A stretch of DNA of 64,000 bases, taken from Nemertoderma westbladi. Lineage: Eukaryota > Animalia > Xenacoelomorpha. Shown in pieces: positions 39,122 through 51,115 of the stretch (position 1 is its first letter; the number at the start of each line of letters is the position of its first letter). The stretch is from the NCBI GenBank assembly GCA_032718475.1, contig JAUCBJ010000225.1, positions 1-64,000 on the forward strand, read 5' to 3'. The position numbers and the translations under genes were made by a program. The notes below the pieces were generated by a model. That model was given only the letters and a program-made list of their open reading frames with translations. It was not told the origin of the DNA and made no database searches.

Positions 39122-39257
39122 GCACTCCTCAGTTATACAAAGACCTCGAATCCCCACCGGTTATTCTGTCGTGGAAATTCAGACAATAGGTCCACCTGAA
39201 GAGACAGCCCACCTCAGCTATGCATTTGGAAGACGAACCAATATGTCTAGAATCTGA
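39122..39257 (+). pseudogene. 3' end of B ORF2, downstream of the C insertion
   Basis: Removing C and one TSD restores the frame: ..EICISNL-HSSVIQRPRIPTGYSVVEIQTIGPPEETAHLSYAFGRRTNMSRI*. Confidence 0.8.
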
Positions 39258-40308
39258 GGAGATTCAGCCTATCGCGCCCCGGAACAGTGACAATGATTAC
39301 ATCATAGAATGGTATCAAGGTCCACAGTGTCTCACTGCGTACGATTATCGACACGCCAACTATGTTTCTAGGCAACGTTGTCGGTTATGCGCATCGAGAG
39401 ACCACGATACGCCCATGGACACCAACGCCCGCTGTTCCTATTTCCAAGAACAACCGACTATGGAAATTTATTGCGCATATTGCAGACTCAATAACTTGCA
39501 TATCTTTGCGGTTTGCCCTCAATTTATGACTCAATGTCACCATTGTCAACTAAAGGGACATGCCAGTTTCGATTGCCCTTTTAATCACGATTTGGAAAGC
39601 GTAGATGAAATGATCACACTACGTTACATCAGAGCTTGGGAAGCGAACGCTGATTTACATTGTGATTCGCGCCATCGATATTATCCCGGACGCGCTTACG
39701 AAGGAGTTTATGCGTTCCATCCTTATCTATTCGCTTCGGTTGAACAGAAATCACGCATATCAAGTTACGAGCTACTGAAGCGCGTCGGAGAATGTATTTC
39801 AACCAAATTCGTACGCAAATTTCTCAGGAGTGTTAATCCTAGCGACCTTCATTCCTATAACTTAATCAATTATATCCGTCAGGATCCGGACTATGGAGAC
39901 TTGTTTGTTAACTCACACCCCGAGTTACAGGAAGTATATCGACGGCCTTACAAATACCGAGCCCGCGAACGCGAGTTGGAAAGAACCATTAAACGCCGGA
40001 GGTTTCTAACTGCCTATGGTCCACCCACGGCTCTCGTTCAGACCACTCGTAAAGGACCCGTAAGAGTGGCTGTCTTAAAACGAGCTCACAAAGCCATTAG
40101 ACCCCTCTCCCCCGACGTTGATGTCAATCAACCCGGTACTTCGACTGGCGGATACACCGACCATAATCCTACACCCTCTGATGCAATCATATTGCACCTT
40201 TCACCCAGGAGTTATAGCCCTCCTTGTAAAGTGGCTCGCCCCAAAGAGAAAAAGACTCTGGCTAGCTTTAAAAAACTGCGTAAACGCCGTCCGCGCAAGA
40301 AAGACTAA
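39220..40308 (+). CDS. ORF3 of B: triple Cys/His zinc-finger protein with NLS-like basic tail (362 aa as called)
   Basis: CRLC..H..C, CAYC..H..C, CHHCQLKGHASFDC; C-terminal KKLRKRRPRKKD. True start uncertain. Confidence 0.8.
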   Translation: MHLEDEPICLESEEIQPIAPRNSDNDYIIEWYQGPQCLTAYDYRHANYVSRQRCRLCASRDHDTPMDTNARCSYFQEQPTMEIYCAYCRLNNLHIFAVCPQFMTQCHHCQLKGHASFDCPFNHDLESVDEMITLRYIRAWEANADLHCDSRHRYYPGRAYEGVYAFHPYLFASVEQKSRISSYELLKRVGECISTKFVRKFLRSVNPSDLHSYNLINYIRQDPDYGDLFVNSHPELQEVYRRPYKYRARERELERTIKRRRFLTAYGPPTALVQTTRKGPVRVAVLKRAHKAIRPLSPDVDVNQPGTSTGGYTDHNPTPSDAIILHLSPRSYSPPCKVARPKEKKTLASFKKLRKRRPRKKD

Positions 40309-40386
40309 CTGTTTAGAGTATTTACGTATATTAGAAACTGTGATTTTGTATATTTTATAGACTCAAATCCCATTTTCTGGGAGCGG

Positions 40387-41652
40387 TGTAAAAGCTTCTG
40401 TGGGATATAACTGGCCCTTTTGCTTCGCAATCCAGTTTCCCCCCTAGGCGCTGGAATACTCTAAAAGGCTCTATAACTATATATATTCCCCTCGCCCGCA
40501 AGGTACCGTTATAGGTGTTTTAACGGACATAAAAGTCATTCTGCTATATACGTGTTTTGGCGGACATGGTAAGGCAAAAAACCTGCAATGCACCAAATAC
40601 CTTTCACAGCTTAGCCATGATGATTCAGATTGCGACATCTAGCAGCTGGTTGCTGGCATGGAAACAGCCATTGGACGCATGGTTCTTTGTTTGGCTTGAG
40701 CCAATCAGAGCGATTTTTTCTGTCGACGTGTAGATATTCAGCCGATGATACTAGGAGTGTTCAGTCTTACTGTTTTTTGTGATACCGTTTTGTTGTTGCT
40801 ATCTAGGCCAGGAACACCGGCTCTAGAGTCAATTCGTTTTCATACTTTAGAAGAAACATTAGTAGGCTTAAGATTATAGAGCGTATAACTGTTATCAGTT
40901 CTTAACATATCATATCACATATCGGTCTTGTCACATCTTGTCATATCATATCTTAACCTACCGTCTTAATGCTGTTTACTGTTGTGTTTTGGTTGAATAT
41001 TATTTGGAGAACATATATAAAGAACCCAAATTTCCCAATTTTCTTGATACACTACAGGTTAGAGAGACGGGTTATATATAGCGATTGCGACTTATATTAT
41101 TGTGGTTTGTAGTGAATTTAATGCTATTTGATAAGCCCTACATGAGTCCGTTGCTGTTCGCTTTATATATGATAAAATTCATTGACGGTCGGCAAATTAG
41201 TGAGCAGTATTGTGTGTTACCGGTAGTGTGCATGATTGTGACTGATAACTAAGCATTTCCTAAAGAATGCGCCTCATACGTGAATCATAAGCCTTACCGA
41301 CTTACCGTTGTGATTAGTATAAGTCATATCTCTGTTTACCTAGATAGAGCGCCACGTCCTGAAGGAACTGTTAATATTTCCCGAAAGTGAATAATATTAG
41401 TCAGAAATTAATTATTAACTATCAATCGAATAATACAATACAGTAAGCTTACACTGCAATAATAATCTAAGCCCTCAGAATCCAGTCTCCCGGGTATATC
41501 CAGCGGGTGAATGGACGCGCACTAGGCTGGCTTCTGCTAATGTTGTGTTTATTGGTATTAAATATTTGTCATCTTCTAAAGTCTATTTATAAACCAAAAG
41601 ACATATAAATTTTGGCAGGTTAAACTGCTAAAGGTCTTCAAAAGCGCGTACA
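40387..41652 (+). repeat. 3' LTR of element B
   Basis: Preceded by GGGAGCGG; ends GCGCGTACA followed by TSD CAGCT. Confidence 0.96.
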
Positions 41653-42577
41653 CAGCTTTATTCATACCACTCATTGCTTAGAAATTTTACAGGATAATAT
41701 TGTTATTCTGACTTAAGTTGTTTAGGTTGAACAAAGTCTACATAGTAAACAACAGGTCCTCCAAAGAATGTGCCTTTGGTATTTTATATTAAGAAGGGGG
41801 AAGTTAGAATCACTGCATAAATGCAGTTTATCTAACTTCCCCCAAATATCCACTGTTGAATAAAATTGAAGCGATAAGTCCGAAAAGGTGCGAGTTTTTT
41901 TAATAAATTGTGTGGTCCATTTGTTATCTGATTTCTATTTATTGTTTAAAATTCATTTAAGATCACACTGTTTTTTTAGAATATTACAACCTTATGTTTC
42001 ATTAATTTACCCAATCGAAGCCTTATAAGGACCGGTTATTTGTACATATACTCCTAATGCGCTCAGTAAGGTTCAAACAACATATTAATAAGAAAATAAA
42101 CTATCTGCAACGAAAAGAACCCAATAATACACAATTTGACCTTATTTAAAAAATTGCACATTTGCACACATATTTGCACTAGTGCACTTTAGCGGATCCT
42201 AAAGGTGGTTCTTATTTAAATCACTTATGTCTATCCTCTACCGATCTACGATGGTGCATGATCAAGTGTCAGTTGCTAAAAGTGTAAAAAATCCAATTTA
42301 ATAAATCGCGACATTTGCGATTTTGGACCATATTCATGGACATTTTAAGTCACTTTATAGACATAAAAAGATAAACAAATGTTAAGATTATAGTTAGAAA
42401 TAATTCCAAAGTACATTTTAATCCAAAAAAAATGAAATTAAAATGAAAAAAAATTGAAATATCGAAAAAATGTTCACCATTTAAGTGCATTTTTCACTAA
42501 GTGCACATAAGTCTTTCCCCAAGTTTTATCCTATTTCACACACTACAATCTATCCTCTATCCAATGAAAAAAATTTC

Positions 42578-44118
42578 AGATCAAACGGCCCAGTAGAACC
42601 GAAGTTATTGATGTTTTAAAATAGTCACTCGAAAATTTCAAATTCACTTGGTCACATAGTCTAGTGGTTATCAATCACGTTAATGAAACCTAAGTTCGCG
42701 GGTACGAAATCCGATATTGACCATTCTTAATTTTTTGTAAAAATTTTTTTTTTATATTTTCACTAAAATCGCTCTAACTTCGGTTCTGGTGGTCCAAATT
42801 CAATAAAATTGGTATATTCTTTGCCGTAATGTTTTTTTCTATCTTTTGAGATGGGGTCATTTTTGGCCCAAAAAAAATGAAAAAAAAGGGCCAAAATTAC
42901 GTGATATTTTTCGACCTTTAAAATTCGTAATTTTAATTATAAATGTTAAGAAAAAAGATAGCGGAGGTAATTTGCTAAATTTTAAATGTACTTTTGGCGC
43001 AATACGCTAAATTATCATAGAGTAGCGATTTATTAAAAAAAAAAATTTTTTCGTCCCTTTTTTTAAATATTTTATTTCACACGATCTTCTGCCGCACCAG
43101 TTGTATTAATTTAGTATAATTTAACGCACTATAAGTCTGTGTAAACAAATCTCCCGTAAGTTAAGTAGTTTTCGAGCTGGACGAGTTCCCGCGCAGCGAG
43201 TTTGAAACGCGAAATTTTAATAATGGCCCTCATTTTTTTATATCATTTGCGCAGCAAAACCAATCGAATATTTGAATTCCCCGTATCGATATTGACCGTA
43301 TAAAATGTACCTTAACCAACTAAAGTGAAAAATAAAAAATTATTCGATAAAAACTATTTTTCATATTCTGGCCCTCTTTGGCCCCTATTGTCGACATATT
43401 TGTTGTACCCCCACTCGATAGGAACGTAGCCCCAATGGTCTTCTACGAGTTTCAAAAAAGAATTAGTGGAATCCTACCCGCATTGTCAAATTAAACATTT
43501 CGGAAATAAAATTTCGAAAAAAGACGGACAAAAACGTACAAATATACGGCCCCTTTTTCCATCCGAAATTTTATTAAATCTCTTACCCCCATTCGATACG
43601 ACGGTAGACCCACTCGTCATCGTTGCAACCGCGTTACTTTCGTTCCCGTACGATAAATAGTAGCCGAGTTATTACGGATCCCGCAAAGTCATTATGTCCG
43701 TTTTTTCAACTTTGACGGACAATAGACGGAAAACAAGCCCGGAGGCGGGGTATTCCAAGAAGTGGAAACGTCTAATTTGTACCCCCTCTTTCGATTCTCG
43801 GTGTCTCTGGATGCGTCAAATAGAGGTTTTTTAAGAGTCCTTGTGAAAAAAAGACAAAAAAACCAGACAATTGTCCGTCATGTCCGTCAAAACGATAGAT
43901 TCGCTAAAAGCTCTGAAGAATCTTATTTTTTTGGCATTACGCGTCCCCCCTCGAAAAATCAAGAAAATCGTACCTCTGGAAATAGGTCGAATGGGGGGGA
44001 ACACCGTTTTCGCAGTAACTACGCGTCCAGTATGTAGACTGCGTCCTTTAGAGGGGCGCCGAATTCACCTCACTCAACGCCGCCCTTACTGAATGTTTTT
44101 AAAAAATGTTTCTTCCCA
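42578..44118. repeat. Interspersed repeat G, copy 2 (probably extends further left)
   Basis: Near-identical to 8706-10292; broken at ~44118 by a LINE. Confidence 0.75.
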
Positions 44119-45804
44119 TCGAGTAATCAACAATCAACTACTATCCTACTTAAACAAAAATTCAATACTATCAGACAGCCAGTACGGTTTTAGAACACAC
44201 TCCACTACGACAGACGCCATACTCACGGTAACTGAGAGACTACTACAGATACTAGACTCACAGGAATATGCTTGTCTAGTATCTATCGACCTTAAGAAAG
44301 CATTTGATACACTACAACACCAAATACTATTGGACAAACTAGACTGCTATGGCATACGAGGCATCCCACACAAACTGCTGACTAGCTACTTACACAAGAG
44401 AACACATACCGTTGCTATAGGCAACTCTACTTCAGAATCAATACATGCTTCCTGCGGTACCCCACAGGGAGCAATACTGAGCGCAACACTGTTCCTACTG
44501 TACATAAATGACCTACCAAATTGTACTTCACTACTAACAACACTATTTGCGGACGACACGAATCTACTTTATTATCACTCAAACCCTGACACACTACAAG
44601 ACACTATCACTACTGAACTTAGTAAACTTGACCAGTGGCTCACTGACAACCAACTATCACTAAGCCTTAAAAAAACAGAACACTTAATTATCACAAATAA
44701 AAAACACGCCAACATTGCAAATATAAAAATACGACAAACTCCTATTAAAAAAGTAATTCACACAAAATTTCTTGGAATATGGATAGACAATGAACTAACA
44801 TGGAAAAACCACTGTGCCTACGTGCTTAAAAAAATTTCAAAATCTATAGGTATTTTCTTTAAACTTCGCTACATTCTACCACTACACATACTTAAACTAC
44901 TTTACCACTCCCTTATACAACCATACATTACATACGGGATAGTGATCTGGGGAAATGCTCAACCTGCACACATTAACCCAATTAAAATTAAAGTTAACAA
45001 ACTTATCAGAGCAGTTACTTTCAGTCACTACCAAAAACACGCACCACCACTTTACAAACAACTTAACATACTTCCGATCGAACAACTACACCGACTCGAA
45101 ACCGCAAAATTAATGTGGGAAATCAACCACGGAAAGAAACAACCTTTTATTACCTCACTGTTTAAACAAATATCCACTATACATACATATAACACACGGT
45201 CAGCCTCAAGTAAAAACTGTTTTATTCCACGTGTACGTTTACAACACGCACAAAAATCACTAAAATATCACGGTGCTATTGTCTGGAACTCGTTAGACAA
45301 CAGTCTAAAACAATGCAAATCTAAAATATCACTCGCACACAAATTAAAAATTCAATTAATTTCTGAACTAAACTAAATAAAACATCAATACTGAACATAA
45401 GGGTACTTTAGTAAGTAAACTAAATTAAATAACATAAATAAATAAATAAAATAAAATTTAACAGTAAAACAATAATCACTTGAATAACTAACTTTTTTAT
45501 AAACACAAACAAATACTATACACACATACTTTAATAACGTAGGGAAAGCAAAAACCGTATTATTTCTACCAAGGGTGACAGCCCAGCCCCCCCCCCCCTC
45601 CGAAAAGACCGCTGACGGAAGCCAACTACACTAGCTTAGGCTACAGTTGGCTTCTATCAGTGCATTGCATCATAACTCTAAAAGACGCCCCCTAACCCTA
45701 ACCAAATTCATCAATACCTTTCTAAATATTACCAAAGTGGTGGCGGTTATATTATCGGTACAATAATGTGCGGTCTATTCGAGAAAGGAAATAATAATAA
45801 TAAT
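44119..45804 (+). mobile_element. 5'-truncated CR1-group LINE (L2/Crack/Daphne-like): RT C-terminal ORF to 45376, 3' UTR, (AAT)n tail
   Basis: QYGFR, DLKKAFD, GTPQG, FADD, FLG and YNTR motifs; AAT repeats ~45790-45804; the called ORF start at 44093 lies in repeat G. Confidence 0.85.
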
Positions 45805-45868
45805 CAGTTAATCAGTTAATCTGTATCTTGAACCTGCACAGTCCAACGGTGGACAGCAGTGAACGTTA

Positions 45869-47281
45869 ATGGCTGCCCCTGCCATGGGTCGTAATGACTG
45901 TGATGGGAAACGCTGCATGCATTTGTCTAGCGACGTTTTATCTTATATATGGTGTGCCCACGTGCGTATGGGAATGCCACGTGCATTGATCTACACAACG
46001 ATTGAGGCCTGGCCAAGATTCACAAATGACATGCTGCGATCCGCTAAAGATCGATTGTTCGATACCATTCCCGGACAAGGTAAGAATGCTGAGAACTTCT
46101 CTAAGAAGAGAAAAACAGGAGAATATATGCGAAAGTCTATAGTTGAGGACATCATAGACATGATTGAGTTCAACGGGTTTCTGGAACTACCGGACTGCGA
46201 TAAACCAATATTTATATGTGACAACTTGGCGAATACTCCGCCGTTTTCATTGAGTAGTGCTGAAATAACGGTTCTTTTTATGAAGTTGGGTGAGCTCCAA
46301 GATAGGGTAGCTGTCCTGGAATCCAGACGTGAGTTACCGGTAGCGGTAGGCCTACCTGCCAGTGCCAGGTATGCCTCTGATGTTAATCGCGACGACATTG
46401 GACTAGGGCCTACTGGTACCGGCTGTAGAGGCAATACGAATGATGTTGATAGTGATGTTTCCGAAATACCAATTAATGGAGACTCTGGTACCCGTAGCAG
46501 TAGGTCACATAATACTAGGCCCCCCTCTGGCACTGAGGCTGAGCCCTGGCCACAAAAGCAAAAACCGTTAAATCCACGAGCTGAAGTGTATCGCAATCGC
46601 GATTCTGGACGTAAAGAGTCGTTGTACCGTGAAGCGTTGATTGGTAATACTGGTTTGCATGACGATAACCGGTATCGTCTCCTCTCAGAGTTATCTGACA
46701 TGTCGGAGCGGGAAGAAGGCGATTGGTCTGAGCCAGTCGATCGGTATGGTCGACCGGGTCCGGCTGCAGGACGTCTCCCGCAAGGTCGACCCGATCGCGG
46801 CGAAGAAGTTGGTCGTCGTCCGCCTAGTGGGCCTCGACGCAACAGGCAGTCTGGTAAAAGTAAGTTTGTTAAAGGTTCGTCAACATCGCAGGCGTTTGCT
46901 ACGATTGCACCGACAAAGCGATTATTCCTATCTGGATGTGGCCCGGAAGTTACCGCGGAAGAGATCTCTACTTACATCAAAGTGAATGTTAAGATAGACT
47001 TGAACTGCAGGAAGATTTCACCTGATGACGCATCATACTCCTCGTTTCGACTTGAGTGTAAGGAACCAGACGACGAGAAGTTACTGGTACCTGAGGCGTG
47101 GCCCCAATTCTGTCGTATCAGACCGTTTATTTCCTATGCAAACGGTACGTCCAACCGCAACCGAGCTAGCTTCCCAAAGGCGGCTGCAGATGAACTGACC
47201 CAGGCGAGGAGAGTTGAAGCAGACCAGCTGCAACGTGTATCATTAGCGTCTCAGCCTGACACCGGGGGGGGGGAGGGGTGA
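45869..47281 (+). CDS. LINE ORF1 protein (coiled coil plus C-terminal RRM-like region)
   Basis: 470 aa upstream of ORF2; KRLFLSG..YSSFRL..LL.PEAWP..RIRPF pattern typical of LINE ORF1 C-termini. Confidence 0.78.
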   Translation: MAAPAMGRNDCDGKRCMHLSSDVLSYIWCAHVRMGMPRALIYTTIEAWPRFTNDMLRSAKDRLFDTIPGQGKNAENFSKKRKTGEYMRKSIVEDIIDMIEFNGFLELPDCDKPIFICDNLANTPPFSLSSAEITVLFMKLGELQDRVAVLESRRELPVAVGLPASARYASDVNRDDIGLGPTGTGCRGNTNDVDSDVSEIPINGDSGTRSSRSHNTRPPSGTEAEPWPQKQKPLNPRAEVYRNRDSGRKESLYREALIGNTGLHDDNRYRLLSELSDMSEREEGDWSEPVDRYGRPGPAAGRLPQGRPDRGEEVGRRPPSGPRRNRQSGKSKFVKGSSTSQAFATIAPTKRLFLSGCGPEVTAEEISTYIKVNVKIDLNCRKISPDDASYSSFRLECKEPDDEKLLVPEAWPQFCRIRPFISYANGTSNRNRASFPKAAADELTQARRVEADQLQRVSLASQPDTGGGEG

Positions 47282-47433
47282 GCGCAGGCAATGACCAATA
47301 ACTGAAAGTTATTATAATTTTGATTCTGTCCAATACGCTATATATATTATATATATACCAAGATTTTATTTTTGTAACCTATTTTGAACTTTTAAACTAT
47401 ACCTCTTTTTTCATACAACTTTAAAATATTAAA

Positions 47434-50313
47434 ATGGCTTTTTAAAACATTAGGATATCTTCATATAATGCGAATTCAATTAAGTCACTTGAATCTATGA
47501 CTGTAGTCAGGGAACTTTGCAAAGAATCGGATATAGTTATATTGCAAGAACATTTCCTCCCACAACAAGAATTGGGATTTCTTGCATCAATTAACAAAGA
47601 TTTTACACCGTATGGTACTTCGCCTGTTGATTTATCAGATGGTTTTCAATTAGGGCGCCCTTACGGTGGATTGGCTGTGTTATCCAATCAGAAAATTAGT
47701 AATGCGATTAGTTTTGAACCAACCGAATTGTTGTCTGATAAAGAGTTTCGCATTTTGCCTTTTTATATTAATCTTACAGATGGTAGTAAACTTTTAATGC
47801 TAAATGTTTACCTACCATACGAGTCACCAGATAATCATGATATTTTTGTCGAATATTTAGGAAAATTGCAGTCCATAATAGAGTCATCCCCATCAACAGC
47901 GTGTTGTATATTTGGCGATTTTAATGCGTCCCCTGGGCGACCTTTTTATACTGAACTAAATGATTGGTGCAATAATTTTGGCCTCACTGTCTTAGATGTA
48001 GAAACCCTACCCAGTAATAGTTTCTCCTTTGTAAGTGCAGCTCATGGCACAACATCATGGCTGGACCACGTTGTTGTTTCATCGAGTTTCAAATCTATTG
48101 TTAATGATACTCGTATTGATTATGATAAGACGGTTACTGACCATATGCCAGTTAACATTGTGCTAAACATTGATGTGCATAAAATAGATATTGATAATGA
48201 TAATGCTAATGCTAATGCTACCAATGCAAATACGCAAAGCTCTAATGCGAGAAACGGCCCCGAAATATGTTGGTCGAAAACAAATGCTAACAATTTGAAA
48301 GATTATAGTACGTTACTTAATGATCGACTTGATCACTTGGTAATACCCGATGGTATTAAATGTCAAAACCCACGCTGTAAAGAGCATGCGGATTGCATTT
48401 CTGATTTTTGGGACAGTATTTCAGACACTATTTCTAAAGCGGCTCGCGATTCATTGCCCACTAAACAGGGCAATGATTCGTCACGTAATTATAACATTCC
48501 CGGTTGGAATGACGTAGTCAAATTTAAGTACGAGGAATCCCGCAATTGGTTTAGGTTATGGCGTGAGGCTGGGTCACCTAGAAACGGCGAGATACATAGA
48601 AAATATATGGCTACAAAGGCCAATTTTAAACGTGCTCTACGACAATGTCGTAGAGAAGTAACAACGCGAAAAGCCGATAAAATGGCTGCATCGCAACTCG
48701 GCAATGACTATCGGTCGTTTTGGCGCGATGTCAAAAAAGAAAGTACCACATCTGTGCCACTACCGAAAACAGTTAGCGGAGCCTCAGGTGAAGCTGAAGT
48801 TTGTGATTTATTTAGAAATGAATACCATTCTTTATTTAATATTGTAGATAATGCTACTGGTGCTGTCAATTACACACTTAATAATTTGGATGATGTTGAA
48901 TTTTCTAATGATTTCATTGTGAGTGCAGGTGAAATTAGTTGTGCAATATCAAACTTAAAGAAGGATAAGTGTGCTGGCCCCGATGGTATTGCTGCTGAGC
49001 ATTATATCTATAGCAATAGCCCCCGGCTCAACACACTATTGGCCTTATTAGTTACCGCTATGAATATTCACGGTGTAATACCAACTAGCGCAATCCATTG
49101 TTTATTAATTCCGATTATAAAAGATAAAAATGGACCAATAGAGGATAAGGGTAATTATCGACCTATAGCTATAGCCTCAATATTTAGTAAATTATTTGAG
49201 TATATTATCCTATCTCGTATTGAATCACAGTTAATTGTAAGCGATTATCAGTACTCGTTTAAACGCCGTAGTGGTACAGAATTGTGCATTTTTACCCTCA
49301 AGGAGATAATTGATTATTATTTATATAACGGTTCTTCAGTATATGTGTGCTTTGTGGACTCTAGCAAAGCATTTGATAGAATACTACATGATAAACTTTT
49401 TGAGAAACTTCTCCTCAAGGGTATACCCAAGTATATTGTTAGGGTATTAGCTTATTGGTACAGAAAGCAAACATTGCAGGTCAAATGGGGTGAATCTTTT
49501 TCTAGTCCTTTTACTGTATCAAATGGGGTTAAGCAGGGGGGTATTTTGAGTGGATACTTATTTAACGTATACATGGATCAACTCAGTTACGATTTAGTGG
49601 ATACCAATGTGGGGTGCTTATTAGACGGTTGTAGATTAAATCATATAATGTATGCAGACGATATATGTCTCATCTCTAATTCCGCTATTGGTTTGCAGTC
49701 TCTTATCAATTGTTGCTTTAGTTATGCTGTAAATCACAATATTATTTTCAATCTAAAGAAAACCAAGGTCATGTATTTTTTGTCTAGTAGTTATAGTAAT
49801 AATGGTGTTATTCCTTTCTTTTTATATGGTAAACAGATTTCCAGAGCTCACAAATGGGTATATTTAGGGCACTTATTTCATGAGAGTAGGGATGATGATT
49901 ATGACATCAAGAAAGCTAATAGAGGGTTATACGCAAAGGCAAATACGTTAGTTCGAAAATTTAAATGCTGTTCTATATCAGCTAAAGTTACTTTGTTTCG
50001 TGCATTTTTAACTACGGTATATTGTAATTCATTGTGGTCACGTAGCAATTACTCTTCTGTAGTGTATAATCGTTTAAAGGTGGCGTATAATAGGGCGGCT
50101 AGGTTGTTATTCTCCATACAAAGTGGTTACAGTATGTCCCTCTTTTTTGGAAATAACAATCTACCATGTTTCATACATATCCGTCATAAATCGATTAGGA
50201 GTTTATTTACCAGAGTAGATGCGAGTAATAATAAACTTATCCAAGCGGTCACCAGGGTAACGTCCGCTACGTCGCGGATACGGGCCATGCTGGACTCTAG
50301 CCTACTGTACTAA
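47434..50313 (+). CDS. LINE ORF2: apurinic endonuclease plus reverse transcriptase (in-frame TAA at codon 4; open from 47446)
   Basis: SYN, LQEH, GDFN, LDH, TDH (APE); GPDGI, YRPI, AFD, GVKQG, YADD, YLG (RT). Confidence 0.92.
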
Positions 50314-50519
50314 GGGCATTTTTATTATATTACCTAATATGCAATATATTTTTTTACTCGATGCTTACATAGTAAGCCTACCCTATACCCTACCATACAT
50401 TACATACGTTGATTTAATTATAATAATACAATTTATTGTTTTACTGTGCTATATGGACGTCTGTATTATGTATTTAATTTTACTGATGTCTGGAATAAAT
50501 AAATAAATAAAAAAAAAAA

Positions 50520-51095
50520 CTAATCACAACTAGTGACAATAAGATAACGCAAATGGTGCATTCTTTAGGAATGCTTTATTAACCTTCACACTAACTTCTC
50601 TCAGTATTCTCCAAATATAACATTCATTAATATAAACAGCAATTAACAATAGTATAAAACAGTATATCAGAAAGCAGTGCGGTGAAATGAGTATGTGATC
50701 CGTACGTTATGATAGTTCGATGTGTGATGTAATGCAATGCGTTTAGTATGAAATATGTTAATAGATTTGCGTTCCTATGAGTCTAGGCCACTGATGTTAG
50801 GGCAAAGTCAGAAAGTCAGAATGTCCGAATGAATGAATTCTGAATGAATGAATTCTCAGAATTTGCCGCATTGCGTTATCTCTCGTAGGCCACTGATAAC
50901 AGAGGAAGGGAGATCGCTCTGATTGGCTGAAATATATGTAAACAAAGCACATTCCTCACACAAAGGAACAGCTGGTAGATTTTGTCATTCCAACTATGGG
51001 TTTTTTGACAGACACGTAGTTGTACAATTATAAGCCTTTTAGAGTATTTAGCGCATTGCGTAAAATGACTTATTTTGTCCGCAAAAGCTTTTACA
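50520..51095 (-). repeat. Partial LTR F of a further subfamily of the same BEL family
   Basis: Minus strand starts TGTAAAAGCTTTTGC; has CCAAT and blocks shared with the A, B and E LTRs (GCATTCTTTAGGA, CTCCAAATATAA); truncated at the LINE tail. Confidence 0.75.
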
Positions 51096-51115
51096 GTCCA
51101 TTTAAATGTTGTTTG

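Larger units (their letters stand above)
10740..41652 (+). mobile_element. BEL/Pao LTR retrotransposon, element B (full length, ~18.8 kb without nested C)
   Basis: LTRs 10740-12005 and 40387-41652 (both 1266 bp, only a handful of differences by eye); outer termini TG...CA; 5-bp TSD CAGCT at 10735-10739 and 41653-41657; Gag-PR-RT-RH-IN order. Confidence 0.97.
45805..50519 (+). mobile_element. Near full-length two-ORF LINE (RTE-X-like; clade tentative)
   Basis: ORF1 plus APE-RT ORF2; (TAAA)n/poly(A) tail 50494-50519. Confidence 0.88.
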
